From Podarcis vaucheri (lineage: Eukaryota), in NCBI GenBank assembly GCA_965113315.1, contig OZ220367.1: a stretch of DNA of 64,000 nucleotides; one strand, 5' to 3'. The notes beneath the pieces were generated by a model. The model saw nothing but the letters and a program-made list of their open reading frames with translations, was not told the DNA's origin and searched no databases. The position numbers and the translations under genes are program-made. Positions 25,301 to 37,299 of this stretch are shown piece after piece. Position 1 is the first letter of the stretch. Every line of letters starts with the position of its first letter.

Positions 25301-26158
25301 CCCTTCCAGTATTTCTGTCTTTTGCATTACAAACTAGATGTCATTCGCCCTTAAACACTGATCTAATCTACTGCCTCATCTGGAGTGCATAACAACCATG
25401 TCTAACAACAGATATAGCTTTGAATGGACAATGTGATCACCAAACCATTTGTAGGCAATAAGTCTGCAGATAGCAAGGAGAGTGGCAAAGAGCGCCAACG
25501 GACAGCTGCCAATAATCAGAAACACTGTGCTGCCCCAGGAAATTAAAAGTTACAAGCCATGACTGATATTGCGCTATCTTGCCACTAAACACGTGGGAAT
25601 AAAAAGATTGCAATTTTTAAATTTAATATGTTATTATTAATTATCTGATTATTATTATTATTACTTCCTGCAGTAGTTGCTACAGCTATTGACTGCAATG
25701 CAGAGGTGTTTTTGAGGGGTCATCCACACTTACCTGGGGCTCTGTGCTTTCTGAGTATTTCCCCCCTCCCCCCCCGCTTTCCCCAGGAAAATCTGTGTTT
25801 TACTGCTGAATCAGAGCAAATGGCAATCTGCAGAAAACCTAATTGCCATTTGCGCCAATTCAGAGGTAAAAACCAGGTTTTCCAAGGGAAATCACCGGGA
25901 CAAAAAAACACAACAACCACCCCTGCTCAGAAACAGACCTGAGCAGCCCAGACCTGTGCCTAGAAATGAAGAAAAAAGGTAAGAAGGGCAATGAGCCCTG
26001 ACAGTGCTTATTTGCTACAAGCTTTCTATGACTGGGTATGATCCAGGGAAGTGCATTGGTGGCTTATGCATTTTCTATGAAGAAAATGTACATGGCAAAG
26101 ACTTTAGCACTTACTGAGTGGAGAGGACAGAGGAGAGAAGACAATTTAGCCTGGAATA

Positions 26159-26498
26159 CAGTGGTGCCTCGCAAGACGAAAAGAATCCGTTCTGTGAGTC
26201 TCTTCGTCTAGCGGTTTTTTCGTCTTGCGAAGCAAGCCCATTGACGGATTAGCGCTATTAGCGCTATTAGCGGCTTTTAGCGGCTTATCGGCTTAGCAGA
26301 TAAGCGGATAAACGTCTTAGCGGCTTAGAAAAAGGGGGGGGGGAAAGGGTAAAAAACCCGCAGGAACTCGCAAGACATTTTTGTCTTGCGAAGCAAGCCC
26401 ATAGGAGATTCGTTTTGCGAAGCACCTCCAAAACAGAAAACTCTTTCGTCTAGCGAGTTTTCCGTCTTGCGAGGCATTCGTCTTGCGGGGCACCACTG
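26159..26498. mobile_element. TcMar MITE, family T2, copy 2
   Basis: TA-CAGTGGTGCCTCGCAAGACGAA...TTCGTCTTGCGGGGCACCACTG-TA; central TTAGCG-like repeat tract. Confidence 0.92.
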
Positions 26499-26539
26499 TA
26501 CAGTCAAAACTGGGCCTCTACACCTTGCTGAAGAACCCT

Positions 26540-27095
26540 GAATCACTGAATTTTTAAAGTTGGGAGGGACCCTGAGGATCATCTAGTCCACGGGTGTCAA
26601 ACACAAGGCCCGCGGGCCGGATCCGGCCCGCCAGACCTCGTCATGTGGCCCGTGTAGCTGCCGCTGGCCGCCAGCCTTCACCTTTTATTCTCACTTTTTT
26701 TTTTGACACAAGAAAGCCACCTCTTCAGCGCATGCGCGGCAGCCTACAAGCCAGAGAACGTCTGCCCTCTAGCGGCGCTGGCCGTTCTACACAGGAAACC
26801 TCCACTTTACATGCATTCAGGAAACCTCCACTTATTTTTATATTGAGCGCATGCCATCCTGGGATGTAACAGATCCAACGGCTGCCTGAACCCTTCTCTC
26901 CTGTACTCTAAGTCCTAAAGATACAACCGGCCCTTTGAGGGTGACCAAAGTGCTGATGTGGCCCCCGATGAATTTAAATTTGACACCCCTGATCTAGTCC
27001 AACCTCCTGCAATGCAGGAATATGCAGGTGCCCCTTATGGGGATCAAACCTGCAACCTTGGGGTTATCAGCACTATGCTCTGGCCAACTAATCTA
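26540..27095 (-). mobile_element. tRNA-head / CR1-tail SINE (Squam2-like), split by a hAT MITE
   Basis: Head TAGATTAGTTGG...GGTTTGATCCCC at 27040-27095; tail TTGGACTAGATGATCCTCAGGGTCCCTCCCAAC is restored by removing 26589-26991. Confidence 0.8.
26589..26991. mobile_element. hAT (Charlie/Buster-like) MITE, family C, copy 1
   Basis: TIR CACGGGTGTCAAA/TTTGACACCCCTG; perfect TSD ATCTAGTC; near-identical to 48936-49332. Confidence 0.93.
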
Positions 27096-30000
27096 TTGTA
27101 GGCAAGTAACCTCTCCGACAGAATCTGAAATGGCATCCCTAATCTTTAGTAACTTTATATGATAAAGCAGCATAATATACAGAAAGTAAACTTTCTTTCA
27201 CTACCCAATCTTTATTCACCAAAGCAATTCCTTGTTTTCACATAATTAACACCTGCAACACAATAGCCTGTAGACATTTTTATCAAGATTTTAAGATGGT
27301 GTAACCTTTTATCTTCATTTCAAGTCACTGAAAGCTTTTAACATCTGTTCCTGGAATATATGGGTTTCTTTGAATAGGGCAGCGGGGCAAGGCCACTGAA
27401 ATGCACTCAACAGAGAGTCACAAAGGATCCAGACAGCTGAGTGAATGTATTTATAATACACATGTCTGGACCCAGTTGTCTCAATGATGCAGCCAATTTG
27501 TCCCTATAGGCTGTTCATCCTTACAATATATAAAATGCAATGTGCAAAGAAGCCCTCTACTTAAATATACACATTTCAGTCAAAGCTACTTGCTTCTCCT
27601 GATAACCCAAATAATTGCGTGGCATGGAGCAATTTACCCATGCTTTATTGCGCTGCAGGTGACACATAGTGAGTCCTATTCTTCACCTTTCTGTATGAAA
27701 AATGTGTCACCGTGTTGACAATGGAAGTGATTAGATGGCCTGTGAATGCCCTCAATTGCGATCCAGGCAAAGGTAAAACTCACTCAGTCCCACTGATTCC
27801 TACAGGAGACAGTGCTTAACACTGGCTGCATTGTACCCTATGTTACCAGGCCAATCAGCAGACTATTAATTTTTCAAGAGTTCAGTCTGAACACAACTGA
27901 GCATCATCTGAAGAACAGATTAAAATAGAAACAGCAAATTTCCATACATGGTCAGACGCTTGACGGCATAGTTTGGACATTTCTCCAAAGATAACCTTTG
28001 GGTTTGTTTATTCCTGAAAGAGGATTTTTTTTTGGGGGGAGGGGTGAAATGCAGAAAGAAGTTGTGTAAAGGAAAAGTCAGAAGTAGAGGCACCATTTCA
28101 AATTTCAGGGGAGATTTCAAAGTTTCAAAGGTTCCTTCTTGGATATATTCAAGACTAAACTGCACAGTACTTAAGATAATTTTGATCCTTCAAAATTACT
28201 ATAGCAATATTCTCAATGCCGATCAAAAAATCACTCCTCCTTTTCAAGCAAAGGGATTTGTGCCTTTGGCAGGCATGCCTATAATACACATCTATGTTAT
28301 TCAAGACCAGATGTCTGAGCCCATAGCAGCAAGCTGGGCAAGTATATTTGCATGATTTGCTTGATAGGTGTGATCCTATTCTTACCCAAAAGCGGTGCAA
28401 TGATCACAGAGATGTGGTAAATCACATATATATGTATGCATGCAATTGACTGGATTGCACAAGAGGTTGTGTGCATGGTTCAAGGAAAGCAATGTTCTCA
28501 TACTTCGTCTCATCTTCCAGTATGCAAATGATATTGTTGCAGACCCAAACATCTGGACTGGGCCTCAGAGTTCAGAATGTGTTAGTTGACCAGAAATATA
28601 TATGCTCTTAAAGAGTAATGAAACGTGGTCTGAAATACAGGAGAGGGCAGCCCTTCTCTGCCTTCTTTTCCTTGCTCCTGGCAAAAAGGAATGAAGAGTC
28701 TCAAGCATTCCTGTTTTATTAGACTTCAGAATTGAAAAGCTATCCAACACTTAAGAGCAAATACCTACTGATAAGAGCAAATTACCTTCTTCCTACAGAT
28801 GTGTGGGTCGGGATACATATGGAGTTTGTCATAAACCTCAGATTGTGGTTTGGATATTTCCTCTAGGGCTTCAAGTTATCTCTCCTGCCCGCCCACCCCT
28901 CAATCCTAGCATATCATCTTGTATAGTGAAAGGATCAGAGATAGAACTATTGACAGCAGCAAAATGAGGTAGCAGGAAAATATCAGAAGTGAACTCCATT
29001 AACAGGGCCTTGGAGACTGACAGGGTGCTCCAGGCAGTCAAATAGTGTTCCATGATCAATAGAATCAAATTCTGCTGACAGATCAAGCAATATCAAGACT
29101 CCATAAACCGGTGGAGTTTGCATGAATAAGTAAATCATTGCAGTCTCTTCCTGGAAGTCCTGGTGATATGCCCTGCTATAAAGACAGATTGGAATTTCTT
29201 AAGCTGTCAGATAACAGAAAGCACAACAGTATTACTGAAACACAATCAGAGCTGCAACTTAAAAGAGAAGAACCCAAATTCCAATTGATGAATTAGGAAG
29301 CACCTGACATCACTTAGGACATTAGCACCATTCCTGGTGTTAAGACTTGCGCCATATCACAAACTGCTTTTTATATTCTCCTCCTATGCCATGCTGCATA
29401 GGTTTACACATATGATATTTTGTGTGTAAACCTAAAATACGTAAAGTCTAAATGTGACACTTTACTATTCTGGGTTACAGTTTCCATTTGAGTGTACTCT
29501 CAGTGGCAAATCCAGGTAATGACCCTTTGAAAGACATTTCTGGCAGCAGAAAAAATCTCAGAAGTACAGCAAATGGTCAATTATTCATTATAATTTTAAC
29601 ACCAGGGAGAGGTGCCATCTAGGATTTTTCTCAAGTCATCTCTGTTAAAGAGGTTTTCAGAAATTTCAGAGATATGGGCATCTGCCATATTTTTTTGGAA
29701 GGAGGCAAAGTAAGACACGGAAAGAGTAGAGAAGAGTAATTTCTCATTCACAAAAATGAGAACCACTGTACTTTTTGTAACATATCTCAGGTTTTACGAA
29801 TGCTAAAAGTTGGCTCTCTCTTTTTAAAGTGAAAGCTCAGTACCTGGGGACTGTGGGCAATGGGTGAGGGCAGGGTGGAATCCATGATCAGAGCCAAAAT
29901 ACGCGTGTCTGCCTCACAAAAAAGTGTCACACTGTACATGCATCTTTCTGTAGCAGATATATGCACATGATGTCCTCACATATGTCCAAAGAGTGCAAAC

Positions 30001-30479
30001 TTGCCTTTAGTCTGGAAAGAGGCACCTCTCTGTCAACCTATTTAACAGGTGTTAAGCTAAGGCAGTGGAAGGAAAGCGACGAGATAACTGGCCTCTAATC
30101 ACATTTACTTTGAGCTTCAGCAGCAAGCTATGCCAAATGATATTATACATGTGGGATTTTCACTAATGCTCCATATTGCCCTATGATCTCATGGAGCCAA
30201 TTTCTAAACCAAAAGTACCACAATATTATGATGTCAACTATATGAAAGAGGCCTATTAACTTTAATTAGTGCTTCTCAAAGTTTTGTTTTTTTAAAAAAA
30301 ACCCCTCTTCTGCTTTAAGCACCAACCATCTGTTCCACAGGTGGAGATCCTCGCATGCAGTTGAAGAACTAAACCAACATTGGCATTAGGAGAGTAAAAG
30401 TGCAAGGCACCTTCCTATAATCATGCACAGGGAGACCTCATTAGAACAAAGCAGCTTCTTGCCCTGAGCTGACACTATA

Positions 30480-30630
30480 AAGTTTGATTCAGCCTTAAGC
30501 ACCAGCTGCTGGGGAAGAACGCAACCACCAGGCCCTGCTTACAAGATTCCAGCAGCATCTGTCTGGCTGCTGTTGGAAAGAGAACGTTGGGTTAGATGGG
30601 CTTTAGCCTGATTCAAAAAGGCAAACTTGC
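30480..30630 (+). mobile_element. Old CR1-type 3' end
   Basis: GGCTGCTGTTGGAAAGAGAACGTTGGGTTAGATGGGCTTTAGCCTGATTC, similar to 44985-45107. Confidence 0.55.
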
Positions 30631-32463
30631 ATCCTTAATTAAGACTATGAAAAGACAGAGTAGTGGATTTAGTCCTCAAAAGAGCCTAGGTGTGTGCCAG
30701 ACCAGCTGGCTGCTTTCATATGGATGATGAATGATGTGCTCTCCTCGCCGCAACTTAACAGTAATCACTGTGTTATTTTATGGCACGTTTGTGTGCCTCT
30801 TATCATTGCAGAACGCTTTCGTTTCATGAGAGCCCAACCAACTCTTAAGGTTATGTGAATTTCCTGGCTCAGGGGCTTGTTCAGCTAATTCCAATACTTT
30901 TGATAACGGGCCAGCTTTCTTCAGACATTTATCTATCTTGGCAGGTCTCTGTTGGCTTGTTCAAGCCCTTTCCAGAGTGACCTATGGAACTATTATGAAG
31001 TGAGGAAGAGAAACACAGTCCAAGGATCATGAGGCCAGGTGTCAGTGATCATCCTCCAGGCAGACACCCCCACTTTGGACCACATGGATAACAGGGATTT
31101 CACAGCCACCAAGCATTATTTAGGTGGTCCCTGGAATCCAAATAAATGAATTAATTTCTAATCTGTTTCTCTAAGAAATCAATTTTTCTATTACAGCAAG
31201 AGATATTGGACAAACGACATCTCTAGTGGCCATTCTCCTAGCCACACAATATCTTATCCCCAACAGTGTTTTGCCTCCATCATTGCTTTAGTCACCAAAG
31301 TTGTCCCCCTTAACTGGGATTTTCTACACAATTGTGCACAAATAATCCTTTACGGCAACTTACTATGCAGCAACTGGAAACCAGCTGCTCTGCGTTGACC
31401 AAGGAAAGGAGAACACTGGGATCTCCTAGCAATGGATGGAGGAGGAATGGGGGAAGGTGCTGGATATAAAAACTATCCATGGAGTTTGCTAAGGAAGAGG
31501 GAGAACTTCAGCTACAGGGTGGTGCAGATGAAACGATCACTGTTCCTTTTCTCCTACACGCCTTTAGGAGGAAGGTGGTCTGTAAAGCAGATGGGGCTCA
31601 AAATCCACCCACTTCTCCTTACTGGATGGTTTATTGTCAGAACTATCATTGAATCTGCCTCTCTCTCCGAGGGATTCACATTTCTCCAAGGGGCACATTG
31701 CAACCTATCCACGTTTACCACTGAGTGCACACCTGATAGGGAGCCATGGGCCATCGGAGCTCTCTGAGGTACATAAAAGTCTGCAGACATACTTTTCCTG
31801 CATTCATGTTCCACCTTCTTAGGCATTACACATTTAGGTGTACACACAAAAAAAATGTGATAGTTGAAATGTGTGGCTGTCCCTGACTTTCCTGGGAGGG
31901 GCACTGACCGTCAGGAATATCCATTGTTTATTTTATAAGATCTAAAAATTGTGTGTAAACTTTATATAGGAGGATAGTGCAATGCACACTTTTCCCATGG
32001 AAGATGCGTATAAGCCAGGTGGTTTTCACACAGTTCTGTAAAATATGCATCTTTGCTTGGATAAAGACATGTGTAAGTATCTTAAGACACAAGTGTTACA
32101 TTCTCAGTAGCCTCTGAAGGACTCTGAAAACTGACTGATGGATACCTTTTGTGTTTATAAGCTCTTTTGCAGGTCTCCTGTCGGAAGAGCTGGGGAAATC
32201 CTTAAATTGCTCTCTGTGGCACTCTAAAGAGATGCTAAAGTGAAGGAGAAGTGCAAAGGTAAAATGCTTGCTGCTATAAAAAAATTTTTTGGGGGGGGGG
32301 TATCAAATTTTAAAATTCCAGTGGTGTGAAAATGTTTCCAAGGATATTCTCCCATAGAATTTGGAACAATAGCATTATGCTGGACAGCTGTCCCAGTATG
32401 GGAAATACTCCCGCAGGAAGTCACGAGCAATGTAAAAGAAAAGGTGACAGTGAAACTTGCAAA

Positions 32464-32548
32464 GAGTGTTGCTGCTCCTTAAAGACTAACAATTTTATCA
32501 TGGCATCAGTTTTCATAGGTTACCTTCCACTTCATCAGGTGCATGAAG
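32464..32548 (-). mobile_element. Penelope-like element terminal remnant
   Basis: Minus strand CTGATGAAGTGG...GAAA...ATAAAATTGTTAGTCTTTAAGG, recalled reptile Penelope end motif; homologous to 41515-41665. Confidence 0.65.
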
Positions 32549-32846
32549 CGCTAACAATGATGCTAACATGCCTATCAGTTTAGGACGATTTCACAGATAA
32601 CTTTTTTAATTTTACGTGTATCAAGTTTTGGGTGTGCGTACCTCAAATGCAATGTGACAGACAGGTGTTGCAAATACATGTGCATCATATAGGCACACTG
32701 AGCAGAGAACTGCGACTGACAGTATCTCCCTGTCAAAGTGACAATACAGTAGGGGGAAATCTGAGTTTGCCATTGTGGAATGTGTGAAATAGCCTTTGAG
32801 GTAAAAGGAAGCAAAAGAAAGATAGTTTTATGAAGGTTCAACATCT

Positions 32847-32849
<3 letters not shown>

Positions 32850-32884
<35 letters not shown>
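32850..32884. repeat. (TG)n microsatellite
   Basis: Direct reading. Confidence 0.95.
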
Positions 32885-32887
<3 letters not shown>

Positions 32888-33404
32888 GATAAGATAGCTT
32901 TTCAGTAAAAAACTCAAAATGGTGATGGTATTCTTGGTTTGACCTACAGCGATTCATTCTAATGCAGTAATGTGAATTGTAATTCATGTCCCTGGCTGCA
33001 AAATGTAAGGACTGCCTGTAGGTGTCAGGGACTGGTTGGATACAGAGGGATGGTGGGAGGAACCAGCTGGTGAACCCCCAAGGGAAAAAGGCTCAGAGTC
33101 CAGGGAGTTTTGGTGGGACTAGGGTGAGTAGTCAGAAGGGGAAGAAGACTGGGAGGAGGAGGTGAAAAGGTAGCAGGGCTCAGGGGGCAGGGAGAGTCTG
33201 TGGCAGAGAGGCACTGAAGCAGCAGTGGAGGGAGGCTAGGAAGCATAGGGGGGGGTCAGGCTTCTCCTGTGTTGAGAGAGTAGTCAAGACTCATGGTGTT
33301 CTTGTAATATCTATTTTACTTCAAATATAAAAGTATAGCATGAGGGAGCAGGAAGGCATCCAAGCAACCATTACTAGTCTAGTCCTTAGTTTGAAAAAGA
33401 GATA

Positions 33405-33627
33405 CAGTGGTACCTCTAGATGTGAACGGGATCCATTCCAGAGCCCCGTTTGCATCTAGAAGCAGACGTAACCAGCGACTGCACGCCTGCATGCGTCGTT
33501 TTTTGCCGCTTCTGCGCATGCACAAGCAGCGAAACCCGGGAGTGACGCGCTCCGTTACTTCCGTGTTGCCGTGGAGTGCAACTCGAACGCGCTCATCCCG
33601 AAGCACATTTAACCCGAGGTATGACTG
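33405..33627. mobile_element. TcMar MITE, family T3, copy 1
   Basis: TA-CAGTGGTACCTC...GAGGTATGACTG-TA; homologous to 34613-34864. Confidence 0.88.
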
Positions 33628-33700
33628 TACTGTAATAGATTTTTGCAGATGCCCAAATCTCCTGGAAAAACTCAGCCTTTTCCTTTCTCAGGCCATGCTC

Positions 33701-33843
33701 CTAGCTTCAGAACTGTTTGAGCATGGTGCTGACACCATCAAGATTACAGGTTTGATCCCCATATGCGACATCTGAATATTCCTGCACTGCAGGGAGTTGG
33801 ACTAGATGACCCTCAGGGTTTCTTCCAACACTACAATTCTAAT
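33701..33843 (+). mobile_element. tRNA-head / CR1-tail SINE (Squam2-like)
   Basis: GAGCATGGTGCTGA...GGTTTGATCCCC...TTGGACTAGATGACCCTCAGGG...CAATTCT; same family as 26540-27095. Confidence 0.8.
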
Positions 33844-34612
33844 AAAAAGTGCTACAGAGAAGGTGAAATATCTGACAGTTTGATACATGGAGCGCACCTC
33901 TGTCAAATGAAAAGTGAATTAAGGTGAGCCTTTCATTGGTTTCTTACTGGGGGGTGGGGAGGAGTAAATCCTATGATAGCTCCTGCTGCCTCCCCACTGC
34001 AGAAATAAAATCTAATCCAGACTGTACCACATTTATTTGATCACAGCTTCATCCCTTCCCCCAGTTCATCCCAGTAAAGAGTGAGGGAATTTTTTGGTCG
34101 TACCATCAAGAAAATGATATACTGAATGTACTACAGCTTGGATCAGATATTACTCTCTCCTCATGTTTAGTAAGGGGCATGCCTGCACCCAGGACTCTTA
34201 CCAAGATGTCTGAACAATTCTGTGAGCTGTCATACATTTTATTTCAAACATGTATAAAGTAAAACAGCTCTGAGGAGCCTAAGATGAACTATAATATGAT
34301 AAACTGAAATAATGATCAGATCTGAATGGGAAAATGAATATATGTAAATATAGCAAAAACACGTGGATGGCTAGCTCACACTTTCAGGAAGTTCCCAGGG
34401 TTAGGCTATGCATAAGGATTCACAATGGTTCTCAATAGCTGGGATCACCAGGGCAAGAGCAGGTGATCTTTGCTTCCTACTAAATGAGCAATTGCCCAAG
34501 ATTCATTCCTATGGGGAAAAGTAAATTAATGTACTTTTGGGAAGCACTTTTTCTGGCAAGGCAAATTTGGCCCTCCCCTTTGAAGGCTGGGTGGCTCAGC
34601 CTCTATGGTATA

Positions 34613-34864
34613 CAGTGGTACCTCTGGATGTGAACAGAATCCGTTCTGGAGCCCCGTTCGCATCCTGAAGCGAACGTAACACACAACTGCAGGTCTGCGT
34701 GTCATGTTTTGCCGCTTCCGCGCATGCGCGTGACATCATTTTGAGCGTCTGCGCAAGCGCGAGCGGTGAGATCCAGAAGTAATGCACTCCATTACTTCCA
34801 GGTCGTCGTGGAGTGCAATTCGAAAATATTCGTCCTGAAGCTACTTCAACCCAAGGTATGACTG
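34613..34864. mobile_element. TcMar MITE, family T3, copy 2
   Basis: TA-CAGTGGTACCTC...AAGGTATGACTG-TA. Confidence 0.88.
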
Positions 34865-34962
34865 TATGCGTGTGAGAGAGGTTCGATGTACTTTTGTAAG
34901 CAGAGTTCATACAGATGCACTGCACCTGAAAGCTTCCTGCCTTCACACACCCATCCTCCATC

Positions 34963-35108
34963 CAGTGGCGTAGCGTGGGTTGTCAGCACCCGGGGCAAAG
35001 CAAGTAATTTGCGCCCCCCTAACCCGTGGATTTGCGCCCCTAGCCCTAACCCCCAGATGTTGCGCCCGGTGCGGCCGGCCCCCCTGCACCCCCCACACTA
35101 CGCCACTG
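34963..35108 (+). mobile_element. hAT MITE, family B, copy 3
   Basis: Same TIRs; perfect TSD CCTCCATC. Confidence 0.95.
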
Positions 35109-35451
35109 CCTCCATCCATCATATCAATAGACCTTTTGCTGTGATGTACACAAAGTTTCAAAGCTTTGCCTCACAGGGCTCCCACAGACCTAAAGGATAT
35201 CCAGTCCAACCCTTTCCCCTTGCAGCATAACCTTCCACACCTACACTAAACAAAAATCCCTTTTACAACTTGCTCTGCCTCATCTGTGGCATAAACAAGG
35301 ATGCCTCCTGAAGGAAGTGCTTACAAAATTTAAGGAACACAGGTGCTTCCAGACAACAAGCCCAGTTCATGCTACAGAGGAAGGCTGAAATGGTAGCAAT
35401 CAAAATAAAACAAAACCTTCCCGAATACAGTAATTGTATTATATTGCTGGG

Positions 35452-35481
35452 GTGTGTATGTGTGTGTGTGTGTGTGTGTGT
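35452..35481. repeat. (TG)n microsatellite
   Basis: Direct reading. Confidence 0.9.
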
Positions 35482-37084
35482 TGATACTTCATGACCCTGA
35501 ATGTAGTAGTGAGACTGATATCAGAGCCTGAAGCCAAGGAGGTCTACTTGGCCCTTGTATCCTCAACCTGACTCTTGTTCCATCACAAAAAAGGGCATGT
35601 TTAGTGGGGAGAACCTCTCTCCTCCCAGGGGGTGGGGGAGATAACAAAGTTCTTAACAGTATCTTGATAACTGATTAAGATCTTTTGAAAGACTGTTTCC
35701 CCCTCACACTATTTTGCAAAACATTTCTTGTACTCAGTAAATGCCACATTTATATGATTCTTCAGCCTGACACCTGTTAAGACTATGATAGCTCCCCTTA
35801 ATTTATTACATCGAAAGTTCAGTTAAAGCCACTCTGGGATGACAAGACTTTGCTAACGGCCATTAAAAGGCAAGAGTTTTTGGATCAGGCCCCAACTGGC
35901 CTTAGTTCAGCTACGCATCAGTTGTTGCTAATTGCATGACCTGCACGAGAACGCTGGAATGAAACCCCTTCTAAGAATCAGGCCCCAAGCAATAGGAAAA
36001 AACAATCCAGCCACAGAAACCTGCAAATCAAGCTGTTTATTGCAAAGCACACCTACTTCACTCAGCAAATTGATGGAGGCTGCCAGTGCTGAAACTCCAT
36101 CTCAGTTAAACGGTGACGTCACTCAGGTGCACAAACCAAAACATTGGCACAGCTTTCCCTAACATGCTGCAGCCCTTATTTTGCTGCTTGCTAAGCTAAA
36201 ACTGAAACTCTGCAGTGCCAGATTTCGGGTCCTATTAAGGACTGATTTCTCTAGCCAGTTGTGAGCAATCACACTCCCCCCCCCAATTCATTCAATACTC
36301 AAAACTAAAACAAAACACGTCCCTTGGAACAAGCATGTGAAATTCTAGTATCTCGGTTCTTCCAGTGACTGCAGATTTTAGGCTTGCTTAATAGCCTTTA
36401 AATATATTCATTAAATGTCAACAATACAAACTACACTCAACTTTTAGATACCTTCCCAGCTGAAACTAAGAAGCATCCTTGAAAGATTGTTCACGGAGGC
36501 ATGTTTGCCAAAAGCCTGATACAAAGCAATTAATTTTCAAAATGATGGCAATGATCTTGAAAGAGTTGAAGCACAACAGTGCTGCCTCATATCCCAGCTG
36601 CTTGGTATTTAGTAATCTAGTAATTTTGGGCAGCGCAGACATGCTGAGGTTGAAGAGAAAGGCCACTGTAGCCTTGCATGCACTCTGTTCACCATGGTTA
36701 CTAGCTAAATAAATTAAAGTATCAACATCTTGTCAAATACCTGGCTGCACAGGGCAGGGTTTCTCCCCTTAAATAAAATCATCCTCAGACAAAAACACAC
36801 ACTAAGGGGGGGGGGACCAACAACCGCAAACCACAAACACATATCCCAACCGCACTCACACCCCAAAACCCATATAGACTGTTTCACGAAAAAAGGGAAT
36901 GCAATCTGAACAGAAGCTATATAAAAACATGCCCTAGTTTGCAAGTGGAGTCCTGTCTTTCATCCCCTTGTGCTGCCTTTGCCATCTGACAACACACTTC
37001 TACCCACAATGCTCTCTCTCTCAATCTCTCTCTCTCTCTGCCTCACGCACGCGCAAGCACGCACCCAGAGACATGCTCTCTCTT

Positions 37085-37085
<1 letters not shown>

Positions 37086-37118
<33 letters not shown>
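37086..37118. repeat. (CA)n microsatellite
   Basis: Direct reading. Confidence 0.95.
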
Positions 37119-37120
<2 letters not shown>

Positions 37121-37194
37121 CTCGTCAGAGAAGCTGGAGTGAGCCCACACTCACACACAACACACATGCACCCCCCCCGCAGATGCCAACTTAC

Positions 37195-37240
37195 CCACAA
37201 GTTCTATTTCAGTCGAAACTGGCGTCCTCCACTCCCCAAC
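37195..37240 (-). other. Candidate 46-nt 5'-UTR exon of unidentified host gene
   Basis: Minus strand cctcccccctccag|GTTGGGGAG...CTTGTGG|gtaagt; strong acceptor and donor, no ATG. Confidence 0.55.
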
Positions 37241-37299
37241 CTGGAGGGGGGAGGTGTTTCTCCCTCTCTTCTGTTACAAGGAGGGTGGGGTGGGGGGGA

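Noticed and set aside
33024-33330. Purine-rich segment starting TGTCAGGG, possible degraded LTR
   Set aside because: No matching CA terminus or TSD identified
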